Source: Nemertoderma westbladi (lineage: Eukaryota > Animalia > Xenacoelomorpha). From it: a DNA stretch of 59,622 bases. Shown in pieces: positions 24,951 to 38,769 of the stretch. Below the pieces are notes generated by a model that was not told the DNA's origin, ran no database searches, and saw only the letters and a list, made by a program, of their open reading frames with translations. The stretch is taken from contig JAUCBJ010006787.1 of NCBI GenBank assembly GCA_032718475.1, forward strand, positions 1 to 59,622, written 5' to 3'. Position 1 is the stretch's first letter; every line of letters begins with the position of its first letter. A program made the position numbers and the translations under genes.

Positions 24951-25555
24951 TGTAAGCGGATTCAATTCCGCCGCATTACCCTCATAAAATGGAAATGGCA
25001 TTTTCAGAAATATATTGGAGATACGAGATTAGCAGTAACTAATCTCGTATCTCAACCAACACCGGGGACAATACAAACCCCAAAGCCACACAAAGGAAGG
25101 TTAGAGGTCAAACCACCTCGGAAGGGGAGACAGCTAGCAGGGGCCAGCGACAGGGGGGAAACACTCCCAGAGAGTGGAAAGGCGTGAAGTAGGTTATTTG
25201 CCAATAAGGGCGAAGGAGGGCCATCCACTAGGTAAGAGGCCACAGTAATGTAGAAGTGATCACATATATTATCAATGCATATTGGTATATCATTCAGTTA
25301 CTCAGATTGTCAGTTTTAGTGCAGACCTGTGACATTCTTCACCGTCACCAATATCAGTAAAGCATACCGGTATCCATCAAAACTGTACTTCCGCTTTATT
25401 GTGCTATCATTATTAACATTTAGAATATCAAGAGACAACATCGAACTCTCATTATTTTACTACATCGGCCTCGGCCTAGCTGCTGGCACTATCCCTAAAG
25501 TAAAACGATGACGCGTAGTGTATTAATCCGGTCGGGATCCCTTGATCCCGTCACA
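24951..25555 (+). mobile_element. Solo LTR, Bel/Pao family 2
   Basis: TGT...ACA ends, 5-bp TSD CTAAG (24946-24950 and 25556-25560), homologous to LTR 9589-10075; inserted in a small element with cttagc/gctaag inverted repeats. Confidence 0.9.
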
Positions 25556-26014
25556 CTAAGAACACTCGCGGGCTAAGAATTCACCCAACAAATGTACTTG
25601 TTCAGAGCTGTGAATTCTACATTTCTTCTACATTGAATGTACAGCAGCAGGGCATGAATCCTTGCATGGCCAGTTTTCCATTGGCACCAACAAACAGCTA
25701 TAAGGTAGAATAATAAATGCGGTGTAACTGGTGTAATATCGCTGGAGACTTAAACGCTTGTAACTAAAGATTGAAAGCAAAAATAAAAATTCTGGCTCAC
25801 CCAGTCAGTGGTCGGGAGGTGAAACTATCTCTGTTTCAAATTTCATGCAATCTCATTACGATTTGTAAAAAAATTTAGGGGGGGGGGGGGCGTGTCACTG
25901 AATTACGACACTATCTGGGACATGGTGTATACAATATAATTATATTTAGATTGTAATATACTCTACGAACAATTACATTTTGTTACGTTTAAATTTTTTA
26001 TACTACAGTAGCTA

Positions 26015-26296
26015 GTTTTTGTTTCTTTTTTTTAAATGTTCTAGAACTAACACTAGCTAATTTGTTAATTATTTTGATATTTTATTGTATGTTATCTTTG
26101 TATAATTTTTTTATACTAGCTAGTTTTTTTTTTTTTAATGTTCTAGAACTAGCACTGGCTAATTTGTAAATTATTTTAATTTTTTATTGTATATTATGTT
26201 TGTATACATTTTTTATACTAGCTAGTTTTTGTTTCTTTCTTTTTAATTGTTCTAGAACTAGCACTAGCTAATTTGTTAATTATTTTAATTTTTTAT
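26015..26296. repeat. ~95-100-bp AT-rich tandem repeat, 3 units
   Basis: agctagttttt...tgttctagaacta(g/a)cact(a/g)gctaatttgt recurs three times. Confidence 0.85.
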
Positions 26297-26528
26297 GTGG
26301 ATCGGATTGATTAATTAGGATAATCAATTAAACCCTAATTAGGAGTCGTAAGACACCTATTAGGGTTTAATTGTACTAATTAATTGATGACACCTGTCAA
26401 TTAGGGTCTAATTAGCCTAATTAGGAGGTGTCACCCAGACAGTCTGGCACCAATGACACCCAATGACACCCTATGGGTGTTAATAGGGTGTCATATGACA
26501 CCCAATGGGTGTCAGTGGGGTCCAACTG

Positions 26529-28100
26529 TCACCGAGCCGGCCAAGGCTGGCTCGGTGTAGGACTACTCCTGTCGCTCAGCTGTAGTGTGAAGCTGGATCT
26601 CACAATTGGCTGTTGCAACAGAGAGGACCAGTCATGCAGCGGCAAGGCAGATTTCGTTGTTCTGCTAGTACGCAGACTAAGTCTTACCTTGGCCACAATA
26701 AGGCGGTGATCACTGGAGAAGGGTCGTAGTGTAAATGCATTACATACTTGTATAGAGCTCATGTATTTCCTACGAAACAGGATATGGTCTATTTGGGACT
26801 TGTGACCACTGGGTCCACTATGAGTCAATAGCTTTCCAGTTCGCTTCTTGAACTGGGTTCCAGCCGAAAACAATCCATTTCCAGAGATAAAATCCTGAAG
26901 ATGGACGGAATTTCGGTAAACACTATTGCTACAGACCCAGGGCGATGTAGGTGATTGATGCAGACTTGCATTAAAGTCTCCCAGGAATGTTAAGAATGCA
27001 TGCTGATCCACTCCATCAGTAGCTGCTTGTAGATTCTGGTAGAAATTTTCCACCTCCTCTACAGGGGCAACACTAGTTGGAGAGTAGCACACAAGCAGAA
27101 CCACCTTAGGAAACTTCTTAGCCAGTCTTTCAGAACATGAGAAGTGGCAACGGATGATGCGGTTAGAGATTTGGTCTATTTTGTCCAATGCTGCATGTGC
27201 AGTTGGATTCATCAATAGACCAATTCCACCATTGCCACTATCATCTGCTGAAGCGAGGGTGAGTCGCCAACCGCCCCCATGTCCTTAATCAGAACCTCAC
27301 CAGTCTGTCCAGTCTGCATTCGGTGCTCTTGAACACACACTGCACTAAGAGAAAGCTTATCTGCCAAGGCAGTCAGCTCAACTTGTCGCATTGGGGACCC
27401 GAGTGTTAGGGTGTTTACTGAGGCTAGTCTAGTGACTGCCTCAGATTCACCAATGGCTTTGTTGGTCGGGGTGGAACATGATAGTAGCCTCCAACTCCAG
27501 AATCCCTCTCCCCCTCACAATCTGGCCTCCCGGGTGACCCGGGGTTTGGGCCATAAAGGTCATCAGGAAAGGGACTCAAAGAATCGTTTGCCGCTCTCTC
27601 TCCAGTAGGGGGTGAGACAGGCAGCCGGTCAGGGGATAACTGACGCCTGTGAGGCCGATTGTGTCCAGTCATTCCACTGGCCTCTAGTGGCTGGACCTCC
27701 GCATTACTAATGTAATCCATAGTGGGGGTTGGGGGGTGCTTTTTTGCTGAGTCAGCTCTCGGGGCAAATACCACACCCTGGTTTGCCATTCCACAGGGTG
27801 TGTGTCGCAGTGGTGTCAGATATGAGGCCCATCACCCATATCTACTCTGGCGCACATGACCCACCATTGGCTGTGCAGCTCATCTGCTGGGTCATGCCCT
27901 GTACCCTTGCTGCCAGGTGCAGGTCGCAGTGAAGTGCATTCAGAGTGGACATGAGAAGACTCTACTCCTGACCAGCCATTGGTAGATCACCATCTGCCTG
28001 GCCAGGCCATATACCCCTGCAGCCAAGTTTATGGGTCCTTAATCCAGGACCAAGGGCGTCCTTATCCCAGAACGAAGGGGGTCCTAGTTACAGGACCGGA
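26529..28100 (-). mobile_element. 5' part of a second RTE-like LINE (5' UTR plus APE endonuclease), 3'-truncated
   Basis: VCVQEHR, GGIG, CYSPT, LGDFNA, SQIDHIL, SDHRL motifs (ORF 26529-27215 and the upstream frame). The 5' boundary is approximate. Confidence 0.85.
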
Positions 28101-28455
28101 TTTGCCCTAGTAAGAGGGTCTATGCAGCTACAGGTGGCACCTCCCTTATGCTGCATGGAGGTGGCAAGTTTTCTTGATCAACGACCTAGAATACCTGACC
28201 TGCCTGAATTATTCAGGGCGATCTTAACATTAATATTCTTATTCAAAAGGCACCTACTTCCAAGGAACTACTCTCTAAAATAGACACGCTTGGCCTAACA
28301 ACCCACAACAAAACTGAACCGACACTGTACAGTAAGACATCTGCAAACCTTATAGACATCGTAATATTAAATTTTGTACAGCATGTAATAAAATAATGTA
28401 ATTTATTCCCATGTTTTTACTCAGATCATGAATACACAATACTTACACTTACATC

Positions 28456-30915
28456 TACTACTACTACTTCTAGGTCGAGCGAACTCGGACAGTGGAAATG
28501 AGATCCTTCCAGGCTTCCCGATTCTCCATAGTTGTCGCAAATTCGTTATCAGTTCAGTATCCCTTTCAAGTTGATATGTTATGGCCGGTCGTCCACGACT
28601 ACGCTTTCCATGAGTTGGTTGCCAGAAAAGTAGATCTGGTATGACCTCGTCTTTACTTCGCCAACAGTGCCCATTGAATCTTAATCTGCGTTTGCGGAGG
28701 GTGGTTGATACAGGTGGTATTGTACCATAAAGCTCGGCGTTTGTCATGTGTTGTCTCCAGCTGATGTTTAGGGCTGCCCTTAGTAGTCTTGTGTAGCAAC
28801 CATCAATTCGTTGTTCAAGTGATTTAGTCAGTGTCCAGGTCTCACCCCCATATAAAAATACACTTTCCACTGTAGCTCGAAAGAACTTAGTCTTCAGGTG
28901 CCTGGAGAGATCTGATTTCCAGATGGTATCCATTTTTGATAGAGCTACCCAAGCCTTTGCTTTCCTAACTTCTATGTCCTTTTTGCTACTCTCTATCCAT
29001 GATCCAAGGTACTGGAAGTCATCGACCTTCCTTAGTTGATTATTATCAATGGTTGTCAAGTTTCCATCAACATTAAAGGTCATGAATTCGGTCTTTGTAG
29101 CATTTATATGCAATCCAACCTCCCTAGCAGCCCTCTCCACTCCATCCAGCAGAAGCTGTGCATCTGCTAGGGCATTAGAGAGCAGGGCGATGTCATTCGC
29201 AAAGTCGGTGTCTGTGACTGTAGTTGCCGGATAACTACTACTTCTGCGTTCTTGAAGTGTGAATCCCAGGTCTTCACCCTTTGTGGCCGTCCTCATTGCG
29301 TAATCCAGCACAATTACAAATAGTAATGGTGCTAATGTGTCACCTTGAGGTACGCCAGCCAGGATTGAGAAAAACTCAGTTTCACCATCTGGTGAGAGTA
29401 CCTGCGCTTCTGTGTCACAATATAACAATCCAATGCCAGCAACAATTACTTCTGGTATTCCATAAGCTCGTAGGATTTCAAGCATTTTACCTCTATGGAT
29501 GGAGTCGAATGCCTTCTTGAAGTCCACAAAAGTCATGACAGCGGGGAGATTCTTTGACTTAATTCCTTCAATCAGTCTCCGTAGTGCAAGTATCTGAGCT
29601 ATTGTTGATCTACTTGGTCGAAATCCGTTTTGGCTCTTACGCAGTAGTTTCTCTATGTGAGGCCTAATCCTATATAGAAACATTTTATTGTATATTTTGG
29701 CAGCTACCACAAGCAGACATCCCACGATAGTTTGTTGGTATGCCGAGGTCTCCTTTCTTGGGGAGAGGCTTTAGTTGAGCTTTAGTCCAAATTAGTGGTG
29801 GCTTTTCCCCTTTTAACATCCGGTTGCAAACATTCAATAATGGTCTGTTTAGCACTCCGGTTTTCCATACCTCCGCTGGGATTTCATCTAATCCACTCGC
29901 TTTATTATTGGACATGCTTTTAATGCTTCTTTGGAGTTCGGCAGGTGTGAAGTCCCCTGTTTCTATAGGTAGTGTCTTGTCATATATTTTCTTTGTAGGG
30001 CTGACCTCGATGTTTGGTGGCTGCCCAAGCAAGTTGCTGAAGTGATTTTTCCACTTCCCAACACGTTCTGCAGGACTATCGGCTTTGAGGCGCCCCTTTG
30101 CACAACTTTTCCGACCAGATACCTCATTTACACTTTGCCAGGTAAGTCTTGATTGTTGCTGTATGTGAGCAGTTGTAATTGCTTCAGTTTTATCCTGTAT
30201 GTACTTTTCCTGGCTGATGTTGTAGGCCAATTTAAGATCGTCCTTAGCTTTCTTAACCTTGTTAATGTTTTCGGTTGTTGGTTGTTCGGTTTTAACTTTG
30301 TAGGCTATCTTAAGATCTTCTCTCTTACAAGTAACCTCAGAGTTTTGCCATGATACATATTGTTTTCGTTTGGGTTTCTGGGGGATATGCCTCTTAGCTG
30401 ATTCCTTGTGGGCTGTTATTATATTCTGGTATATTGAATTGGTGGATTGGTCTTCATCCATTGACTGAAGTGCTTCAAAGCGGTTTTGAACTTCTACTGT
30501 ATAAGCATCCTTTACAGCATTGTCAGTTCTGAGTTTTTCCCAGTCATATTTGATTTGCTTGCTTGTCCTGGGTTTGCTGGCTCTCAAGCTGGGTCTGATC
30601 TCTGCAGTCACAATTCTGTGGTCCGAACCAATTAGGTTGAACGAGTTGTATGCCTCGCAGTTGATCATGCTGTTTCTCCACTTTTTGTTTATGAGGATGT
30701 TGAAAGGTCCATAGCTTCCCCTTACTCTTTTCGAATGTGTTGTTTGTTGGTATCAATTCACATTCTTCCATTAGGTCTAAAAGTAAGTACCCATTTCTGT
30801 TAGAACTGGTGTTATAGGTGTAACCCTTGATGTCTTCTGGGCCAATTTGGGCATTCAGGTCACCAGCAATGACTTTAACATTGTCTTTCGGAATGTCCTT
30901 TATAAGTCCAGTCAG
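28456..30915 (-). mobile_element. 5'-truncated RTE-like LINE (EN-RT pseudogene) with (AGT)n tail
   Basis: ORFs 30544-30936, 29685-30668 and 28421-29725 join across small deletions; QNGFRPSRS, FVDFKKAFDS, GVPQGD, DFAND (FADD with D>N), FQYLGS; 3' tail gaagtagtagtagtag. Confidence 0.95.
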
Positions 30916-30919
30916 TTCT

Positions 30920-31672
30920 AATATATTTTCTAACAAATGGAAAATTATAACTGAAGGTAAGTGGGTGAATTTTAGAGACCATAAGAATTTTGACAGGGAT
31001 GCTTTTATTAAAAATATTAGTAGTATAATACTGGGAGAATTCTGTATCTATCACATAGCGGATATTGACAAAAAATTAAAAAAAATTGACCAAACAATAG
31101 AATGAGAATAAAATAATATAATAAAATTGATATATACAGGTATAGAATAATATAGAATCAAATATTCGAAAATGTTATAACACTACAAATACAACAGTAT
31201 ATTAAAGACAATAAACTACTATTCCCTCGCCAATTGGGTATCTGCGCAGGTTATTCAACCATAGATACTGTAGTGTAGAGATACTGTACCTCAGTGAATG
31301 CTGGAAAGCTGCACTGAATTCATAAGTAGCAGTAGGTTTTTTAGACATACAGTGAGTAAAGCTTTTAATTCGGTTAATTATGAAACGTTGATAGGGAAAT
31401 TGTCGAATTTAGGCTTTGATCAAACAGCTGTAAAATTGATGAATAGCTATTTAGAAAATAGACAACAGCGAGTATAAATAAACAATGTATAGTATCCATG
31501 GGCAACAGAAAAATTGGGCGTTCCTCAAGGCACCTTGCTCGGGCCGTTACTATTTAGACTATATGTCAATTATTTTCCTCTACATATTCGGATGACACGG
31601 TCTTGTATGCTACTGCCAAAGACCCAAACACAGCAACAGCTATTCTAGAACAAAATATTAATAAATTTACTC
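30920..31672 (+). mobile_element. Old CR1/L2-like LINE fragments
   Basis: RDHKNFDRDAF linker motif and RT remnant SKAFNSVNYETLIGKL..SYLENRQQRV..GVPQGTLLGPLLF..YSDDT with stops and deletions. Confidence 0.8.
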
Positions 31673-33159
31673 CATTTTCTGTCATTTTCGGACGACTCTT
31701 CGATTTATCACTCTCAGCGTTTCAAAATTGTTGCTTTTGGCTATAATTTGGAATATAAGTACAAATATAAGTATAAATAGTATTAAATTTTATTCACAAA
31801 AAATTTAGAAAAGTTGTCCGATACTTTTATGCAGGGTGGCTATGTAGACACCCACAGAAATTTTCAGACTAATTGCTCAAAAATTGTAGAAGTAGGGTTT
31901 GTAGGGTTTTGAAGTTGACAATTTCATAAAAAAAATATTTGGAGATAATTGACCTTTCATGATACATAGTAATAGTAATTTCAATAGGAATCCCAAAATG
32001 GAAATTGTTATAACTTGAAAACTAAAGAGCTATTAAATAGCGGTTTTCAGACTTGGAAACACCATTTAATTGTGCATTATATTAGATCATAAAAATAATT
32101 TCGACATATTTTGGACCAAAATGATGTTATGGGCTATGGTATCCTCCTTGGGTATGATACATTTGTCCTTCCGTGTATATTTAGTATTCCATGGACCAAC
32201 AGAGTTTTTTTGTCTTCAATTCAAATCAGGAATGCGGAACTTTACAGAAGATGATTCTTTCTTCTTGATTGGACAGGGCATTTTGATTAAATTAATACAC
32301 CACATTTTTTTACCGCAAATTACTGCTGTATCAATATCGATACATATTGTTTGTCTGTTATCCCATATTATTCTTTATTATTAAAAATTAATTAAGAATT
32401 ATTCTTTATAAATATATTTCAAAACGTTTTCAGTTCCACATTATATGGTTGGTTAAAGGACGCCATTATTTATCATATAATACGTAAAGAAAGCACGTAC
32501 CTTAACCTACCTGGGAAGAAACCTCATTAAATAGTTGATTGATATTATTAAAATTGAAGGGGGATCCAGGATTGTGGGAATTCAAGTAGTCAGGCTGTTA
32601 ATATTAAGAAATATTAATATAGGTAAAACTCGGAACAAACAGACCAAACCAAGAGTTTATTTCAGATCAAAGATTTAAGAAATGAAAGAATTATATGCTA
32701 CTGAGGCGAGGCCGCGTTTAGAGCCCTGTAAATAATAACACAGCTCCTGCCTGTGCTCTTCTGACTGAGATAAAATTTCGCACTTTTGTAATATCACTAA
32801 TTCAGTGTAATAATAAATGAGCGGAAGCCGTGGTGTATCCAAACCAACTACCCAAATATCCCCAGGCCAATTACCAAAGATATGTAGGCCTAAGCTTAGA
32901 TATGGGACTCTACCAGTCGGCTGTAAACACAGGCTGCAATCTACCAGCTTACAACTAACTCTGTGTATTTTTACCTATCACAATTACCTTACGTTATACA
33001 GTACATACATACACGCTAACCTTTCTGGGATTCACCTTTCAGGTATTCCCCTTTAAAACTTATATATATATATATAGAACCCCACCTTTTCCTGTTAGTT
33101 GCCAGTACATAGTCTGATGCAGACCGGTAGGTCGAAAACTTTTACTATTGTATCTTTAT

Positions 33160-33870
33160 TTATTATAATATACTACTAGGATCGGCATGCTGCATTGCAG
33201 CTGCATTTTTAAGAATGCTGTGCCGGCTTGTCAACAAAATTGCACCGCCACAACTCCCTATCACCCATGACATTTGCTAGATCATCCGCATCTTTAAGGC
33301 CAGTGTCCTTTAAGATGCGTCTCAAGAAAGTCATGGGCTGTCCACCATGCTTATTCACTCCATGAGGCTGCCAAAGTACAAGATTATGCACTGGCTGGTC
33401 CTCACGGCGAAAGCAATGTCCTGCAAAGCGGAGGCGATTTTGTTCTAGTGTCAAGCTTGGGGGAACCAATGAGACACCTTCAATGTTATATAGTGTCTGG
33501 TTGGAGATGTGTGCATTGTACTTGACACAATATACCCGGCGTAGCATTCTTGTGAATGTGCCATCCAGAGATTTGGTGTCCTCAGCAGTTAGAGCCCAGC
33601 ATGGACTCCCGTAGAGGAGTACTGGAACTACTGCTGCTCTAAATAATCGGACCTTAAGTTTCCGATTAATTCTAGGTTCCTTCCAAATCCTGGAAAGCCT
33701 ATTCAAGGCTGCCCATGCCTTTCCCTTACGTTTTCGAAGGTCCTCACCTGACTTCCGGATCCATGATCCCAGGTAACAGAAGTCGTCCACATGCTCAAGC
33801 AAACCATCCTTTGAGCTTATGCTCATCCGATCAGAGACTTGCTGAGGACTTTCAAAGTTAACTGTCAGAA
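33160..33870 (-). mobile_element. 3' end of a third RTE-like LINE family
   Basis: VDDFCYLGSWI..KAWAALNRLSRIW..LLYGSPCW..RLRFAGHC, homologous to the C-terminus of ORF 28421-29725. Confidence 0.85.
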
Positions 33871-34832
33871 TTTTGGTCTTTCTGGATATTATATTATAAT
33901 ATAACCAGCTAAAGACCCTCAATACTTTATTTTTTATATTTTTTCTATCATCTTTACAGTAAACACCTCATTAAGTAGTACCTTAGACAACACAAAACAC
34001 AAGATAAAGAAGCCTAATAGACCACAACAGGAGGGCGCCCGCAGTTACCATACTGTAGCTGTGTTTACAGTGTTGAGTTATTCAGTTATTGGAAATTCCC
34101 TTTATTTCATCCATTGGTTATTTTTAAAGTGTTTAATTTATGGTATATTATAGGAAGGGATCTAGGGGTCTTAACATCGAATGATAAGTTTATTTTACCG
34201 AAAATAACTTATCTTCCCTTCCTATAAATAAATGTATAATAACAAACACCTCGAAAAACACAGCTTGCCACCACATTGTTACTATCATTAATTTATGGTA
34301 ATTCCCAAGTACATAAAGCAACTAAATGTAGTTAATCTTAATAGTAAGTGGCTGCGTTTGATTCGAATAGCCTATACCCCCCTCACTTTTGAACTGATGG
34401 CGCTGGTGACATGTCGATCCACCCAATTGTAGTCTGCTGATGCTGAAGGTAATATCTTACTGTTTTAAACAACAACATAGCTCAAGATTGAAAAGTTAGC
34501 TCTACATGTATATCAATTTCCCCTGGCATTTGCACTCCTTTCCAAATTACTTGACTAAATAATAATTCCCCGTTTTCAATATAAATTAGCTAATAACATT
34601 TCTTAATGATGATAAAAAAAGGCGCAACTAACACTCAAACCACTTTTTAAGGTACCGCATACTTTTTAATACTAGCTAGCTTATGCATCACTAAGTCAGT
34701 GGCTCAAAATGACCACAAACACGTGATTAGTGGGTTTGAAAAATTAATTTGATTTACTTTAAAAAATAAGGGAAAGTAGCAGGTTACAGTGGCTGTTCGA
34801 TTGCTTTCGAGCATTATAAACGAGAATTTATT

Positions 34833-35972
34833 TGTACGCGCTTTTGAAGACCTTTAGCAGTTTAACCTGCCAAAATTTATATGTCTTTTGGTTTATAAAT
34901 AGACTTTAGAAAATGACAAGTATTTAATACCAAGAAACACAACATTAGCCGAAGCCAGCCTAGTGCGCGTCCATTCACCCGCTGGATATACCCGGGAGAC
35001 TGGATTCGGAGGGCTTAGATTGTTATTGCAGTGTAAGCTTACTGTATTATTCGATTGATCGTTAATAAATAATTTCTGACTAATATTATTCACTTTCGGG
35101 AAATATTAACAGTTCCTTTAGGACGTGGCGCTCTATCTAGGTAAACAGAGATATGACTTATACTAAACACAACGGTAAGTCGGTAAGGCTTATGATTCAC
35201 GTATGAGGCGCATTCTTTAGGAAATGCTTAGTTATCAGTCACAATCATGCACACTACCGGTAACACACAATAATGCACACTAATTTGCCGACCGTCAATG
35301 AATTTTATCATATAAAGAGAACAGCAATTGACTCATGTAGTGCTTATCAAATAGCATTAAACTCACTACAAACCACAATAATATAAGTCGCAATCGCTAT
35401 ATGTAACCCGTCTCTCTAACCTGTTCTCCAAATAATATTCAACCAACTGATACAAAATAATAACAACAGTAAAAAGCATTAAGACGGTAGGTTAAGATAT
35501 GATATGATAATGTATGTGCCGTTAAGACTGGACTGATAACAGTTATACGCTCTATAATCTAAGCCTACTAATGTTTCTTCTAAAGTCTGAAACGAATTGA
35601 CTCTAGAGCCGGTGTTCCTGGCCTAGATAGAAACAACACAACAGTATCAAGAAAAACAGTAAGACTGAACACTCCTAGCACGATCTGCCGAAAATCTCCA
35701 CATCGACAGTAAAAATCGCCCTGATTGGCTGTTAAGCTAAACAAAGAACCATGTGTCCAATGGCCGTTTCCATGTCAGCAACCAGCTGTTAGATGTTGTA
35801 ATCTGAATCATCAAGGCTAAGCTGTGCCAGAGTATTTGACGCATTGCGGGTTTTATGCCTAACCATGTCCGCCAAAGCACACATACAGAAGAATGACTTT
35901 TATGTCCGTTAAAACACCTATAATGGTACCTTGCGGGCGAGGGGACTGATTATATCCGCAAAAGCTTTTACA
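34833..35972 (-). repeat. 3' LTR (1140 bp)
   Basis: Direct repeat of 51001-52185; by eye about 7 substitutions, a 2-bp indel and a 43-bp deletion. Confidence 0.96.
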
Positions 35973-35982
35973 CCGCTCCCTA
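35973..35982 (-). other. Polypurine tract
   Basis: Sense strand TAGGGAGCGG directly precedes the TGTAAAAGC start of the 3' LTR. Confidence 0.7.
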
Positions 35983-36005
35983 ATATATGTAAATACTCTA
36001 AACAG

Positions 36006-37776
36006 TTAGTCTTTTTTGCGCGGACGGCGTTTACGCAGTTTTTTAAAGCTGGCCAGAGTCCTTTTCTCTTTGGGGCGAGCCACTTTACAAGGAGGGCTAT
36101 AACTCCTGGGTGAAGGGTGCAATATAATTGCATCAGAGGGTGTAGGATTATGGTCGGTGTATCCGCCAGTCGAAGTGCCGGGTTGATTGACATCAACGTC
36201 GGGGGAGAGGGGTCTAACGGCTTTGAGAGCGCGTTTTAAGACAGCCGCTCTTACGGGTCCTTTACGAGTGGTCTGAACGAGAGCCGTGGGTGGACCATAG
36301 GCAGTTAGAAACCTCCGGGGTTTAATGGTTCTTTCCAACTCGCGTTCGCGGGCTCGGTATTCGTAAGGCCGTCGATATACTTCCTGTAACTCGGGGTGTG
36401 AGTTAACAAATAAGTCTCCATAGTCCGGATCCTGACGGATATAATTGATTAAGTTATAGGAATGAAGGTCGCTAGGATTAACACTCCTGAGAAATTTGCG
36501 TACGAACTTGGTTGAAATACATTCTCCGACGTGCTTCAGTAGTTCGTAACTCGATATGCGTGATTTCTGTTCGACAGAAGCGAATAGATAAGGATGGAAC
36601 GCATAAATTCCTTCGTAAGCGCGTCCAGGATAATAACGATGGCGCGAATCACAATGTAAATCAGCGTTCGCTTCCCAAGCTCTGATGTAACGTAGTGTGA
36701 TCATTTCATCTATGCTTTCCAAATCGTGATTAAAAGGGCAATCGAAAGCGTCCCTTTAGTTGACAATGGTGACATTGAGTCATAAATTGAGGGCAAACCG
36801 CAAAAATGTGCAAGTTATTGAGTCTGCAATATGCGCAATAGATTTCCATCGTAGGTTGTTCTTGGAAATAGGAACAGCGGACGTTTGTGTCCATGGGCGT
36901 AACATGGTCTCTCGATGCGCATAACCGACAACGTTGCCTAGAAATATAGTTGGCATGTCGATAATCGTACGCAGTGAGACACTGTGGACCTTGATACCAT
37001 TCTAGGATGTAATCGTTGTCGCTGTTCCGGGGCGCGATAGGTTGAATCTCCTCAGATTCTAGGCATATTGGTTCGTCTTCCCAGTGCATAGCTGAGGTGG
37101 GCGTGTCTGTCTCTTCAAGTGGACCTATTGTCTGAATTTCCACGACCGAATAACCTGTGGGGATTCGAGGTCTTTGTATAACAGAGGAGTGCAAGTTCGA
37201 TATACAAATCTCTTTGAAAATGGCAAATCCAGCGCTATCTAACTTCTCTGCAGCTGAGTTTCTTAGGCTGAGCTTGATCAAAGCGTGGTCTTTAAATTGG
37301 CTATCCACGTTGCGGAACGGGGTTAAAAATTGCCGGAAACATTCGAAGCGGATGAATTTATTATGTTCATCTAGCTTAGCGAGTTTGGTCCCAAGTATTA
37401 ATGGATGGTCGCGTATAGTACGACTGCACACATCGGCTAGCCAACCGGCAAGTGCGGTGTTTTCAAATATCGTGTAGATAGCTAAGGAGGGACGGAGTGG
37501 AACACTCATGAAGCTATACACGGCGCCAGTTGCGGTCAATGGTCCATCAAAGTATAATCGAGAATAATGGTCTCCGTATACTTGTTGATAGTTGATGGGA
37601 TTTCCGACTTTGAAATTCCATCCGTATTCCTGAAAGGCAAGATGTCCGATGGAAGTTCGTTGCACCTTTGTAATGTTGCTGGACGTATTAGCATACATGG
37701 TGCGAAAGAAACCTCGGCCTTCTGCCCATGGAGCAATCAGCTGAGTATCTACGAAAGGATATGGGATATTTTCCAT
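36006..37776 (-). pseudogene. Accessory gene copy 3: C-terminal half of the exonuclease-like domain, CCHC knuckles and basic tail (two ORFs split by a frameshift)
   Basis: FVDTQ..SIGHLA..NFK..YQQVYG..IYTIFE aligns with copy 4 (CVDTQ..GIGYLA..DFKP..YNKIYG..IYVVME); CRLCASRDH, CAYCRLNNLHIFAVCP, CHHCQLKG[fs]AFDC; ends KKLRKRRPRKKD. ExoI/II not recognisable upstream. Confidence 0.75.
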
Positions 37777-38769
37777 ATTCCAAAAGTCGTTTGCCTAATA
37801 TGTCTTCCATTGATGGTAGTGGTAGAGAGCAGGGGAAGACCTATGTCGTATTCAGAAATATTCAGAAATACGATCTCAGTTCTCAGTTGGAGGATTCAAT
37901 CGTTCGAAGACTATCTCCAAATGAATTTATCCCTAGTGCGAGGAGGTAAACACCAGTTCAAGGATATGTTTGTCTCAGTTGTTCTACATAAGATTTATAT
38001 CTCTAATCATTGAGGGAGGTGAACAACCAGATTTATGACACATAATGGTACCAGTTGTTCACAAACAATCTGCGTGTCCTTTCAGTCCTTGTTTGTATCA
38101 CGGTTGTGGACTTAAGGAAATTATTGATGGTTGATTTTCTAATCAACAACGAGAGGGTGGAAGTTGATATCATAAATATCAACAGAATGTGACATGGACA
38201 AGAGGTGCGGACACCAATATGAGCATCCAGATTAACAGTAAGGGATGGGAGGTTTAGTAAGAGGCGGTATGATCAATACCACGATACGGCAATGATTGGT
38301 CGATCGTCTCCCAAAGCTCGGAGCGCGTTGGGAAGAGAAGGTGGGACGAAGTATGTTGTATTTTCAATAGCGATGTATAGAGTGATAAAGGGAGTAAAGA
38401 GGAAAAAGGATATATGGTAGTATCTATAAGATACCACAATGGACATGTTTCCGTCACATCATCATTCATTCTTGCCCTTTAATTGTGACACTGATCACAA
38501 TAATTACAGGAAAACGATGAAGGAAGAGAAAATTACAGCCTCCCGAAGGAGACCGCCCGCGAGCACCCGTGCCCCGGGGAAAACTATTCACATTATGGAC
38601 CCTGGACATTAACCCATGTCTCTTCTCCAGTGTTCTCCTCTATTTGTCTTTACTAGCTTTCTTCCACGTTCTATCTTTCGAGTTGTTTTCGAATAAAATT
38701 CTCGTGTTCCATTCTCGGTTCATCATGCCGACTCCGCTGGGTATGATATTTAAATAGAACCATTTCCCT

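Noticed and set aside
34893-35093. Identical 66-aa ORFs at 34893-35093 and 51061-51261
   Set aside because: Identity simply reflects the LTR duplication; no coding features.
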